64,000 nt of DNA from Microthyrium microscopicum. Taxonomy: Eukaryota. The stretch lies in contig MU004233.1 of assembly GCA_010405405.1 (NCBI GenBank), positions 1,377,122 to 1,441,121 on the forward strand. The letters are read 5' to 3'. The notes beneath the pieces are model-generated. The model was not told where the DNA came from and did no database searches. It was given only the letters and a program-made list of their open reading frames with translations. Positions 12,415-25,600 of this stretch are shown one piece after another (positions within the stretch are counted from its first letter, which is position 1; each line of letters starts with the position of its first letter). The translations under genes and the position numbers were made by a program.

Positions 12415-12920
12415 TATCTTATGTTGTTTGACATTGACAGGGAAAAGTTCAGGGTGGCTGGAATTTTGTAGCTTATATTGTACTACTAATTTAGTGAGTG
12501 ATGTATCTTTTGAACTATTCTTCTCGCAAGGGACATGAGCGTATTATGGCTTTTAAGCATCAATACATGGGGAGCATATTGCCATCGGAATTCTCCGAGT
12601 CTCGCTTCATGTTGAACTTGTTCCATTTGTTACTTCCTGCATTTTTAATTTGCTACGGTGTGGCTAAGAGACAAAAATATGCAATCACACTAGAAGAATT
12701 TAAATAACATCAGAGGGGACTGAATGACATTGGTTTCAATGTCTGGCGTTCAGCGCGAGCCTTTGCAAGGCTGAGACCGCTGGTGATTGGCCACACTGAC
12801 AGCCAATCAAAACCTAAAAGCTTGATTCTCTACGCACGGGCCACCACGAACCAATATTGAAAGTCAAACTCAATTGAACCTCCAAGTTTCTTCAAGACAC
12901 CACATCAAATCGCCGTCAAC

Positions 12921-13047
12921 ATGCCTACCCGTCTCACAAAAACCCGCAAGCATCGCGGCCACGTTTCCGCCGGTCACGGTCGTGTCGGCAAGCAGTATGT
13001 GTCTCTTTGCGCTCACTCGACGACCGTACTGACAATCATCTAGTCGC

Positions 13048-13082
<35 letters not shown>

Positions 13083-13525
13083 ACATCATCACCGAACCAG
13101 TATGTGCTTCGAAATCATCGTTACATGTTCGTTGCTAACCTGCTCTGATAGATCTCGACAAGTACCATCCAGGTTACTTCGGTAAGGTTGGTATGCGCTA
13201 CTTCCACAAGCAACAAAACCACTTCTGGAAGCCAGTTATCAACATCGATCAGGTCAGTTTCCACTGTCTACAGTTACATCCTCGCATAATGGCTGACATC
13301 TTCTAGCTTTGGTCCCTCGTACCCGCCGAGCAACGCGAGAAGCACTTGTCCGGCAAGGGCAAAGACACCGCTCCCGTCCTCGATCTCCTCAGCTTCGGAT
13401 ACGCCAAGTTGTTAGGAAAGGGCCGTCTTCCCAAGATTCCAATCGTCGTCAAGACCCGATACATCTCTGAGGACGCCGAAAAGAAGATCAAAGAAGCTGG
13501 TGGCGTTGTTCAGTTGGTTGCATAG
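12921..13525 (+). CDS. RPL28: 60S ribosomal protein L28/L27a (uL15); exons 12921-12994, 13044-13099, 13152-13252, 13307-13525
   Basis: [62 protein letters not shown]...[13 protein letters not shown]. Confidence 0.97.
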
Positions 13526-14460
13526 GTACCCGGACACCGTTAAGCTTTTGGCATTACGAAGGCGTTGAAAAGGATCACATTAGGGCCGACTTCGTGTCGT
13601 GCTCTTGCAGCGTGGTGGCTGAGGATGGCTTATTCTATATTCAATGAATACCATACCTGAACAAACCTTTCTGGGAGGCTCGCATTTTTGTGCTGGAGCC
13701 TCGGGACTGAGAGCCTCGTGGTGCTATATTTGTGACTTCTTTGGTGACTCGTACTGCGCCTCCGGGATACGCGATAATGCTCATCGTACTAAGATAATCA
13801 GGTAAGTTGTCAGAAGCCGCCGAAATTCCATCTTCGTTGATAGACTGTCACGCCCACTGTCTTATTGTCCTTAAGTCTTTGGCGACGTATGAATTGTCTC
13901 CGCGATTGGATGAGCTGGATCTTCGACTTTGAGATTCAACTCCAGAGGATCTTGATTCTTGCTCTATGTCAGGGCGTCGTAGTCAAGTTTTCTGACTGTA
14001 ACTGGGGTATGTAAGAGGTAGCAGTTGTATAGCGGTGGTATGAGGCTTGGTAGAAACCTACCTTGTAGTAGGTACCCAGGTATCTATCCTATTACGATAT
14101 TCTTGTCATTTTCAGAATTTGAATATGCTTTCAAGACTTGAATCCTCTGATCGACTGTATCCGTCTACACTACAGCAAATAGTAGCAAAACAATTGAAAA
14201 TTGAAGATAAACACGGGATATTTTCAAGTCGTCAATTCACGATCAAAAAATGGTGTAGTACCAAGTGGCCCAAGCTCTTGCGCCAAGCTCTTGTTGCGTA
14301 TTGTCTCCGCCGCCTAAACACTTCAAGCAACTGCTCTTCCAAACCACACACCACAAAGCATCCCTCACAGCAAAGCGGCGTCCATACATCCACACCTTTT
14401 AGCCAGCTCTTCTCCTTCAATCTTTCTTGAGCGACTATCTCACTTGCACAATTGCCAACG

Positions 14461-15413
14461 ATGGACACCCTCGTGGCGCAGTACAGCTGTCCCGCAATCG
14501 AGGACACAACACTTGACGCTGAGCAAGATGAATTACTTCATGGACCAGATGCGCTCAGCTTGAACTTTTCTCTTCCTCCGATAGCACAAGTAAGCTGGAA
14601 ACCTGTATGTATGTGAAGTGGTCTTTCTAACCGCTTCAGCCTTCCTCCTGGCTCCGCGCCATGACCGACGACGCCTCCAACCCCAACTGCCCCATCAAAA
14701 TCGCCCACGGAACCACAACACTTGCCTTTCGTTTCAAGGGCGGAATCATCGTATGCACCGACTCTCGAGCTACACAGGGTAACTGGATCGCCAGTCAGAC
14801 AGTGAAGAAGGTCATTGAAATCAACAACTCATTGTTGGGAACTATGGCTGGTGGCGCTGCTGATTGTCAATACTGGTTGGCATATTTGGGTATGCAATGT
14901 CGGTTACACGAATTGCGAAACAAGCGCAGAATCACAGTTGCTGCTGCGAGCAAGATATTGGCGAACCTCGTATACTCCTACAAGGGAATGGGCTTGAGCA
15001 TGGTATGAACTCTAGTGACGCGGAGATGTTGCTGAACTTGGACTGACATGTAGCAGGGAACGATGTGCGCGGGTGTCACACCACAAGAAGGTCCGGCTCT
15101 ATATTACGTCGACAGTGACGGCACACGAATGGCTGGCAACATGTTCTGTGTTGGTTCTGGTCAGACTTTCGCCTATGGTGTGCTCGACGCCGAGTACCGT
15201 TACGAGATGGAGGACGAGGAAGCGCTTGAGCTGGGCCGAAGATCTATTCTTGCGGCTATGCATCGTGATGCTTACTCTGGTGGTTTCATCAACCTCTATC
15301 ACGTCAAGGAAGATGGCTGGGTGAAGCATGGATTCAGTGATATGAACCCGATATTCTGGAAGACAAAGTTGGAGAAGGGCGAGTTCTCCAACGTGACAGC
15401 TGACATGGAATGA
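14461..15413 (+). CDS. PRE2: 20S proteasome subunit beta-5 precursor; introns 14590-14639, 15003-15056
   Basis: Propeptide followed by [12 protein letters not shown] with the catalytic Thr; [21 protein letters not shown]. Confidence 0.96.
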
Positions 15414-16004
15414 TCAAACCTCTTCACGTCGGTTTGAAAGTAGGAAGTGGCAATAGAAGCAAGACTGCTTTCAGGAGATCATAACCGAGAACATGAAAGC
15501 ATGAACTTTTGAAGTCTATACCCTCACTGTGAGGTACAGCAAATGTTATGCTAGCATGAAGAGATTAAATTCTCAGCCTAATGCTACTTGAAAACTTACA
15601 ACCAATCTACTACTGAAATGTTATGTGAGCTGTACTAATACTTTCAGTTACAGTCCTGAGCCGATCTCGCATGCTCTTCCAAAAACAATTATATCCCACC
15701 ACAAGTGTGCTGGCCAGGATCTAACCTGTTCCTTGTTGTCGACTCCAATTAGAAACACCCGTCTCCTCACTTTTCACGCAATCCCATGTCCGATCTATTA
15801 TCGTGTTTGGCCACTTCTCTCCTACCTCGGTGTCCCGACATGCATGTAAAGCTCCGCGGCACGATGCCGAGAGCTTCTCATCCCTCTCATGAGCCGGTCT
15901 TCATATACACTTCTTACTGAAAATCTATTTTTTTGTGCTTGCCCTTACCGGTCCCTAGAGTGCTTTGTCCAATCGGCAACTTTCCGAATCACTAAATTTG
16001 CAAG

Positions 16005-17761
16005 ATGGGTGACGTTCCAATTGGAGATGCTGAGTATCACAAGAAGGCTGTTGCTGGTGTAAGTTCTTTCCATTATGCTTGAAGAAGATACTTTGTGGTT
16101 TGGGTGGCGCTAACGATTGACCACAGCTGAAAGACTCTTCATTGTTCATCAGTGAAGCTTTCATTGACGGCAAATGGGTGAAGAAGGAGAAGCTCTTCGA
16201 TGTGTATGGTAAGCATACTATAATCCGCCCGATTTCACTGCCATTCAATGTGTCTACAAGATGGCTGCTGTCAGTGACGAGCTAAGTGGCCACAGAACCA
16301 TCCACAGGCACTGTCCTAGGCAAAGTCTCGAACTGCGACCTCGCCGACTTCCAAGCCGCCATCAAAAGCGCCGAACTTGCCCAAGCCGACTTCTGGGAGA
16401 ACACCACCGCCTCCCAGCGCGGCGGCCTCCTACGCAAATGGTACGATCTCATCATCGCCAACGCCGATGACAGTAAGCTATTCCCGTCGCTTTCCCATAA
16501 TCTGCACCGCTAACACATAGCAGTCGCCGTCATCTTGTCCCTCGAGAATGGCAAGACCCTCTCCGAAGCCAAAGGCGAAGTCCTCTACGCCGCCTCCTTC
16601 GTCGCCTGGTTCAGCGAAGAAGCCCCCCGCGCCTACGGCGACACCATCCCCTCCGGCACACCCCACACCACCGTCCTCACCTACAAAGAGCCCGTTGGCG
16701 TCTGCGGTATCATAACACCCTGGAACTTCCCCGCCGCCATGATCACACGCAAAATAGCGCCCGCATTTGCGGCTGGTAATGCTGTGGTCATCAAGCCCCC
16801 AAGTGAGACACCATATACATGTGCGGCGTTGGCCAAGTTGGCTGTAGAGGCTGGCATGGATGGCAAGTTGATGCAGGTGTGCCCAACAAAAGATCGTGCG
16901 GCGGCGACAGAGTTGGCGACGAATCCGATAGTGAAGAAGATTAGCTTTACAGGAAGTACGGGCGTGGGCAAGATGTTGGCCAAATTGGCGGCGGGCACGC
17001 TGAAGAGGGCGAGTTTGGAGTTGGGTGGAAATGCGCCGTTCATTGTGTTTGACGATGCGGATTTGAATCTGGCGGTGGAGGGAGCCATGTTCTGCAAATT
17101 CAGATGCTCGGGGCAGACATGTGTTTGGTAAGTTGTTGCGCTCGATGTAAATGGGCAAACACTAATGGTGATAAGTGCCAATCGGTTGTTCGTACAGAAG
17201 GGCGTTGCGGAGGCTTTCACAGCCAAATTGGTAGAGAAGGTCAAGGCCTTGAAGAACGGACACGGCTTGGATCCCGAGACTACGCAAGGCCCACTGGTCA
17301 ACAAGAGCGGCGTAGACAAGACGCGCGAGCATGTTGAAGATGCAGTGTCCAAGGGTGCGAAGATCGAGTTTGGTGGTAAAGCACCAGATACTCCAGGCTT
17401 CTTCTTCGAGCCTACGGTGCTCAGCGGTGTAACTCCAGAGATGATGGTCGCAAACGATGAGACCTTTGGCCCGTTGGCTCCAATCTTCAGTTTCGAGACG
17501 GAAGCCGAAGTTGTGAAGATGGCCAACGACACTGAATTCGGATTGGCTGGTTACTTCTTTTCCAAGGACATCGGTCGCGCATTGCGAGTTGCCAGGAAAC
17601 TGCAGTGCGGTATGTTGGGTGTGAATACTGGAAAGATCAGTGCTGCTGAGGCGCCATTCGGTGGTGTCAAGGAGAGTGGTTATGGACGAGAGGGCAGTAT
17701 GTATGGACTGGCGGAGTATCAGAACATCAAGAGCGTGACGATTGGAAACTTGAATCTATAG
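16005..17761 (+). CDS. Succinate-semialdehyde dehydrogenase (ALDH family); introns 16059-16126, 16209-16295, 16473-16523, 17128-17175
   Basis: ITPWNFPAAMITRK, SFTGSTGVGK, LELGGNAPF, GQTCVCANR, ETFGPLAP, PFGGVKESGYGREG. Confidence 0.9.
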
Positions 17762-17919
17762 GTCAGTGGATATGAAAATGGAGTTTAGTTGAGGCTAGGT
17801 TGTAAATTTGAACAGGAATAGCATGAGAATGGGACTGGGTATTATTTTTTCTCCCGATATATCTTGATGAGGTGAAGTCGTGTATGTCTTACATATTACT
17901 CTACAAAAGGTTATCATGA

Positions 17920-19360
17920 TTACTTGATCTCAACTTTGCCGCTGGACGAGACTGTAGCGAAATGCATTGTGGTAGGCTTTTCGGGCGGTGGGGAAGCCTT
18001 GAAATCCTTTGGCGATGTGACAGGCGTTTGAGAGGGTTGTTCGGATGGAGTGGTGGTTGACTGCTTCAGGAAAGGAGCACCAGCCGGGGAATTGGCAATG
18101 TCATTTACATCCCCAGAGGTTAGTGAGTCGACAATCTTCGAAGCTCGTGATTGAACCAAGATTGTTGTTGGTCCTCGAAACCGCAGGAATAGCTTAGATG
18201 GAATCAGCCCTGTTTACAAAGCGATATACCTAAAAAAAACATACCCGATCACCCCAAATAGACCGCCGAGCCCACGTGCGTATTGTGTAGAGAGCCTCCG
18301 CGAGAAATTGCCATGCGGGCGTCTTTCTTATCTCGCGGATGAACCTAGTGTCTGGAAGTAGTGAAGATAAAGAAGGAATCTGAAATCGGAACACGTTGGA
18401 CTTGAAACGGTATGCCTGTGGTGCGGTCTCGTTTAATGAATAGGCAAGAACATGTCTGGCAACGGTTAGCAAGTATCTCATGGTTCTTTGACTTCCACAT
18501 ACTTTGGGTGCACCACATAATCTTCATTAGCGGCAAGATTTATTTGATAGACTTGACCATTGCCGATCAAGCCAATAAGTCCACGACCGGTTATATGAGT
18601 ATTGCTCCAATGAGCGATGCTCTGTAAGAATCAGCGTGCTGCAAAAAAGCTAACATTCGGAGCCATACCATTGAGAAATTGAGTTTGGGTTTAACTATAA
18701 GATTGTGACCGGTCCATGAAACAAGACCATTTCTTTGAGCAACTATCCAGTCTGTACGGCCGTCAAGATGGACTGTTGTAAAAGATGATGCAGTTTTGTT
18801 TGTCCCTATTATAGCAGTAAGGGGTGATGTAGACGATATCTAGGTCATTTAGCGAGGTTGCGTTACTTTGCTTACACCGAGCTTACCTTTTGATAGAGGA
18901 ACGGTATTCCAACTGCTGCTCGCCTCAATGGGGAGAATATTGAAAGAGTAGAGATCGCCTGGTATGCAATGAGCTTCTGATGAACTATAATTCGAAGTCG
19001 AGGCCTACATTTTCTGGAGATCCATTCAATGCGACCAATGTACCACGTCTGGTGTATAGGATCTGAGAGGGCGAAAGCTTTACGGATAGGAGCGAAAAGG
19101 GTGTTCCCAGAACTTCGAACGAAGCATCTAGATCTGAGAGTGAGTACTGGATACATGAGGAATGATTCGCACAGCTAACCTGCGGTTCTGGAAGCTACAC
19201 CAGGAACTTGCGATCCATCTTCCTTGGGCAGTTGAATGACGGAAGCCGTGGACTGCAGACGTTTGAACTTGAGTAGCGATTGAGCGCTGACGCGTGTGGT
19301 GACAGGTTTGAAAGCTGAAGAGCCAAATGTCCAGGCGTGGAGCGAGTTTCGAGCAGTCAT
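17920..19360 (-). CDS. AIM24: Mitochondrial AIM24-family protein, multi-exon
   Basis: A presequence-like N-terminus ([10 protein letters not shown]...) is followed by [56 protein letters not shown] and [10 protein letters not shown], as in Pezizomycotina Aim24. Confidence 0.8.
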
Positions 19361-19628
19361 ATTGTGATTCGCATCTTCTCTTTCCACACAGCGAGCTTCA
19401 TGTCGTCAAGACTCAAGAGGGAAAAACATGGATGTTGGAATTGTGGCTAGAGCTCCTGGATGTGGCGTAGTATCTGGCTGACTAAGTGACCTTGACGCAG
19501 CGGCGCTAGGCTATCTCGGGCTAGGCTGTCTTAGGTGCCCGATTTTTCGAAGTTGACGCAGGAAATTTGTAAATTGTCCCTCCTCCATCATTCTCCTAGG
19601 CCAGAACACTGGAGATCTGGCTACAAAC

Positions 19629-22600
19629 ATGGACCGCGGAAAGAAGAGAAAGAGCTTGGCCATACATTCCATTCTCCCGAATAAGCGCAGTAAATTAACC
19701 AAGTCCTCGAAAAATCACACCTATGAAACTTTCACAAAACGCATCGCAAGGTTGAAAATTGACCCCATCCGGCGGCCTCACGCTCGAGCTTTGGATGATG
19801 AGGACATTACCGCCACCGCTTCATATTTCAGAACTGCCTTGGAAAACTGGATCGAGCTAAACCTTTCAGAACACTTCACTAGATTTGTACGCGACGTGGA
19901 CCCGCTATGCGACAGCTTGCCACAGATCATTCATCATGCCGACAAGATTTTCGAGCTTTTGATCTCCTATCTTGAGAAAGGAAATGCCGTATCACTAGAG
20001 CCATTGTTGGATCTTATTGCACAATTTGCGCATGATCTTGGTGTTCGGTTCGAAAAATACTTCTCCTCAACTGTGAAAACGGTGAATCAACTGGCATCCC
20101 AAACTCAAGAGTCGGAAGCAATAGAATGGAGCTTTAACTGCTTGGCATGGCTTTTCAAATATCTCTCTCGGCTCCTTATTCCGGATCTGCGACCCCTTTA
20201 CGATGCTATGGCCCCGCTACTCGGGAAACAAAAGCAAAAGCTATTCGTCTCGAGGTTCGCTGCAGAAGCTCTCAGTTTTCTCATCCGCCGAGCCGCAGTC
20301 TCGTATCATAAGAACAAGGAATACCTTCAAACCATCATCAAGCACATTTTGATTGACATCGGCAAAGACCAAGATCCTAGGCTTTTGGAGCAATACCAAT
20401 TGGGCGTCATTAGTCTTCTCTCTGAATCGATCAAAGGAGTAAATGAGACTCTCAACAGCAACGGAGAAATAGTTTTCGGGGAGATTCTAGAGCAGTGCGA
20501 AAACATATATGTGCGGCGGCGACAAGATGAAGACGAACAAGTCCTCTCTCTTGTTCAAGGCTTGATAGCGACACTTCTGCACACCACAAATGCCAAAACC
20601 TTCCATCCTATCATAAAAAGGATCACCACACCAAGCCACCACTTTGAAAAGCTCTCGAAGCACTATTCAATAAAGTTACGTATGTCCCTCGTCATTCAAA
20701 TATCCTCGTTCAGAGAGGGCAAGAGCATCGAAGACTGGCGACCGATTGTCAATTTAATGTTAGGAACAATCCCCCTTGTTCAAACCGGCAGGCAGTTTAA
20801 CGTATGTGGACCCGAAATCCTTGCTGCTTTGGCAATCTGCCAGCAGTCTTGTACAATCGATGTCGCCATTGGCACAGTAAAAGTATTGGACGACATTTCC
20901 AAAGGACCGTGGGAAGGCGACTTCCTGCGATTTTGCGAATACCATGCTGAGCTGGGTATTGTCAAGTTTAAGAACTTTGTTCTTCAATCTTTTCAGAGGT
21001 TTATCAGAGAGATTTCACACTGCGACGAGTTGATCATGATGATCCCAAAATTTGCATCAAGAGGCTTATCCATCAATATGGACAGTCTGCCTTTGGCCTT
21101 CATTGAAGCTCTCAAAAAAGATGTTCTAAAGGTGGATACGTCTAATGAAATTCACCGAAGTAGCGCAATACTTGAGATGCTGAAAGTCCTCCCACCTTCC
21201 GAAATCTGGGATGCGAAAGCATTGATGCGATTCTGGAAAAGGCTCACCAAGGACGGCCAGCAAGAACATGAATCAGCTCGAAAAAAACTGCTTTTGGCTT
21301 CTGGGCAGGTTCTCGGTATTGTAGCGGACGTTCACCGAGCTTGGGATTCCAATACGGCGGCTATTTTTGCAATGTTATGTTCCAAAGCTGCTGTCCTTGA
21401 AGATCGAGAAATATTTTGGGAGTCGCTGCTGAAATTCGTCAGCCGCAACGTCGAATCGATGGAGCTTGCAGTTGAGGTCCAGAAACAAATCATCGAATCA
21501 ATCCAGCGAGCTGTGGAGTCTCCAAATCACATCATACGAAGTTCAGCTCTCAAAGTGCTTGCTACGCTTTATCAGCACAAGTCTGGTTCTGTGCCCGAGA
21601 TCCTCGAAGCAGCAATATCCGTCGAGGATACTCAACCTAGCCTTGAAACTGTTCGATTCATTGAAATGAGAGTTCGGAAAATAGGCCAGCTTTACAACGC
21701 CGTCGCCTCCGATCCTTGGATATCACATGTCATTCCATCCTACTGCTTTGGCCTCCTGCGAGTACATTTTGCCTCTATATGGGATGCAGTATATCTGGCC
21801 GTGAAAGACATAATTTCAAGCAAAGAGGGAGAGGCTGCAATCTGTGAAGTCGTCTTTCGTTGGCTGAACCAATCAGTTCCCATTGACGATTCCATGACCG
21901 AAACACTGGGCTCACATCAACTACAGAGCATGGATAGTCTGGAGCAGAACACCGAGAGAATTGATCGCATCTTCAAAGACACCGCAACTACCACAGGGAA
22001 ATTAGAGGCTCAGTTTTTGCGAACCCATGCGCAGTCACCCACCTCCACTAGACTTGATCGAAATCAAGCGCTACAGGTGCTCAAATGTGTACCGCAATTG
22101 GCCGAGAAGAAATCTCGAGCACTAGTTCCTGTTCTACTGAACTGGGCTGCGCCAAATGGTACTGCCAATGACGAGGATGAAGACAGCGATTTCCCTGCTG
22201 AACGATGGAATAGAAAAGACCAGAAAGCCATGCTCTCACTCTTTGCCTCGTTCACAAACCCGAAGTCTCTGTACAGAGCCGAGGAAGTGCAAGCTGCAAT
22301 CCTCAGTCTACTATGTCATGGAGATATTGAGATTCAAAGATCTGCACTGCAGGCAATCTTTTCCAGAAAGGACAAAACAATAAATCAATACCGAGATGAA
22401 ATCGAGAAATTCTTAGATGAGGCGAAACTTCGCGAGCAACTCACCACTTTTCTAGACATTGGTGAAAGCGAAGAGGCTTTACGAGACTCTGATCGCAGTG
22501 AGGTAATGCCAATTATCCTTCGAATCTTGTACGGCCGTGTCATAAATCGCAGCAAAGGCGATCAACAAGTTACCCGAAAGGCTGTGTTTGGTCTTATTTC

Positions 22601-25600
22601 AAAGCTTGGTCAAGACGAAGCAAATTGGTTTTTAAACTTTGCAATGGGACCATTCCAAGGTGTCCATCTTGTGAAGGATGGGCTCGTCGAGACGAAAGCC
22701 CTCGAAGCTGATCTGATGCCTGAGAGAAAGCGTTTTGGTCTTTTGAATATGCTGAAAGATATGCTTGATTTTCTTGGTTCTACCACATCATCATATGCGG
22801 GTCGACTGGTCGATCCCGTGTTCTACTGTCTTATTCAAGCGACTCGACAGGAAAAAGAGCTGGCGAATGCCATGGAAAATGATGATGAGCCAAATGGACG
22901 CGGTCTTGCTAGATCCATTCGATCCTTGGGTCTGAATTGTCTGAACCAGCTTTTCCTTATCTGCCCTGACTTCGACTGGTCTCCTTATGTTCCTCTGCTG
23001 TACACGGAAGTTATCAATTTACGTCTTGAGAAGCTTCACATCGAGACAACCCAAGGAATTTCTGCTCTGTTGCGCATATTTGGGACTTGGGCTGAGTCAG
23101 CCGATTACTGTGACTTTCTTATCATCGAGAATTCCGAGCTCCTTCAAAAACTCGCTTCTTGCGTTGGGTTCACGGCTAGCAAGGAAGTTGTGAGGAAATT
23201 CATTCTGGGACACATCTTCTTACCCCTGCTGGCTCGACTGAAGCAATTTGGAAACCTGGATGCAATGAAAGCAGCAATAACCTCAATTGCACCATACCTT
23301 CTTACTCAACTCGAATTGGCTTTGAATGCCGACCCAAGCAAAGAACTGCTCCAAGATTGTGTGACTCTCATTGCGGACATTGCTCAAATCATCCAGACGG
23401 CCTCACCGGAGCTCCTCAAAACCTGCTGCTCATTACTTCGGCAACCAACACGAAAGGTCTCCACGGATTGTAAAATCACTCTCTTATATGTGCTCAATCG
23501 TAGCGTCGGAGGTGGCCATATCAACTCTGATCTATTCGATGATATCTTCAATGTCGTCTGCAGCTCTCTTGCTCGTGGTGTTTCTACGAATGGCCGTGTT
23601 TTGCTTACTGAGATTGCCATGAAGCTCGCAGAGGTTGACGACTCATTATCTGAAGTAGCAGCGCTTACACAAGACTTAAACTCATATTCAGTGAAGAAGC
23701 TTGATCAACCTGATTTCGCACGACGAGAGAAGGCTTTCCAGGACATCAACGAGAAGTACATGTCATTCTCATCGAAACAGTGGTCATTACTTCTCGCAAG
23801 TTGTCTCTTCTACATCAAAGACGCTGATGAGTTGGCGATCCGCGCTAGCGCTTCTCACTCAATTCGCCGATTTGTGCAAGCTACAGCGACAAAGTCCGGT
23901 GAAGAGTTAGACTCAAACCTCCAAACGCTTCAACAATCGATTCTAGCAGGCATTGAGACAGGAATTAAAGATCAACCAGAGCTCGTTCGATCCGAATATC
24001 TCGCTGTTCTGTCAGAGATCATCAAAAGTCTTCCGGACTGGCAGCCAACAAGAGATCTCAAACATGTGATTTGGAATGATGAGGAGGCTTCTTTCTTTGT
24101 CAACATCCTGCATATTCAGCAGCATCGACGACTTCGTGCTTTGAGGCGTCTTCAAGAAGAAGTTGGCAATGATACAATCTCCAGCAAGAACATCGCCCAC
24201 ATCCTTGTTCCATTGTTGGAACACTTTGTCTTTGAACCTGAAGATGGTGTTCTGGCGGCAGAAGCCTCAAATACCATTGGCTTCCTTGTTCAAGGGATGG
24301 ACTTCAACCAATTTCGGTCTCTTTTCCGTCGTTACATTGGCTACATCCAAAGCAAATCAGAAAAGCAGGAGACGGTGCTAAAGCTACTGGACCATACGGC
24401 GACTTCATTCAGTTATGCTGCGAAAGAGAAAGTCGAGGGAACTGCCAAATCTGCATTATCCAGAAGCATACCTAAAAGTGAAAACCTCATGCAAATCATC
24501 AACGAAGAATTCTTGCCAAAGTTTACCTACTTTCTTCGTGAGAAGGATGAGTCTTTTGTCAGCCGACGTGTCGCTGCAGTAGTAATCGCTGCTCGAATCA
24601 CGCAGGCATTGCCAGCAGAAGAATTCCGAGTTCGGTTTCCGCCATTGCTGACCGACACGTGCAACATCCTCCGAAGTATGGACCAAAATTCTCGCGACAT
24701 GACACGAAAAGCGTTGTCGACGATCTGCTCCATGGTTGGCCCCGTGGCTGTTGGGTTTGTCGTTGGCGAACTCCGTCGTTCACTTCAGCGCGGCTTCTAT
24801 CTCCATGTTCTTGGATATAGCGTCCATTCTCTACTGGAATCAACACTGGAGTTATATGCTCCTGGTGATCTTGACTATTGTGTCAATGACATTGTGGGTG
24901 TAGTGCTAGATGATGTTTTTGGCTCGTCTGGGCAAGAAAAAGATGCTACCGAATACATCACCGACAAGACGACGAAACGAGAAGTCAAATCAAAGAAAAG
25001 CTTCGACACTATGCAAATCATTGCTTCTGTCACTACCCTGCCACGACTCATCGATTTGGTCCGTCCCATCAAATTGTTACTGTTGGAAAGATTGAGCAAT
25101 AAAATGATGCGAAATGTGGATGAGTTGCTTCGTAGGCTGGAATTGGGTATCGTGCAGAACAAGTCAATTAAAGACAAGGATATTTTGGTGTTTTGTTATC
25201 AGCTTATTCAAGACGCATATGGAGCTAAAGACGACGAAACAGAAGGAGACGCAACCACTGGTGCTGGTCCTGCTCCACTGCCGGTCAAATCTCAACAGAA
25301 GAGAGTCATGCTCTCTTCCCGTCAAGAACGAATGACCAAAATCATCCGCTTTGGTCTTGAACTGATTCGCTCAATCTTCAAGAAGCACAAAGATCTCAAA
25401 ACGCCAGCTTCAGTTGCGGGTTTCCTTCCAATCATTGGAGATGCGCTCCTTCAGGATCAAGAAGAGATCAAGCTAGCCGCCATCCGCCTGTTTACATCTA
25501 TTGTTGCGGTCCCACTTCCTCAAATTGCACAAGATGCTCCCGTATACGTTGAAGAGGCCGTTAAAATTGTTGACAGCTCTTCTACCGCCAATGACGAACT

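Noticed and set aside
13044..13099. Cycloheximide-resistance variant of RPL28
   Set aside because: The GGQHHHR Gln that is altered in yeast cyh2 mutants is wild type here.
16478..17532. Long antisense ORFs (226 and 283 aa) over SSADH
   Set aside because: Typical shadow ORFs caused by codon bias of a conserved gene.
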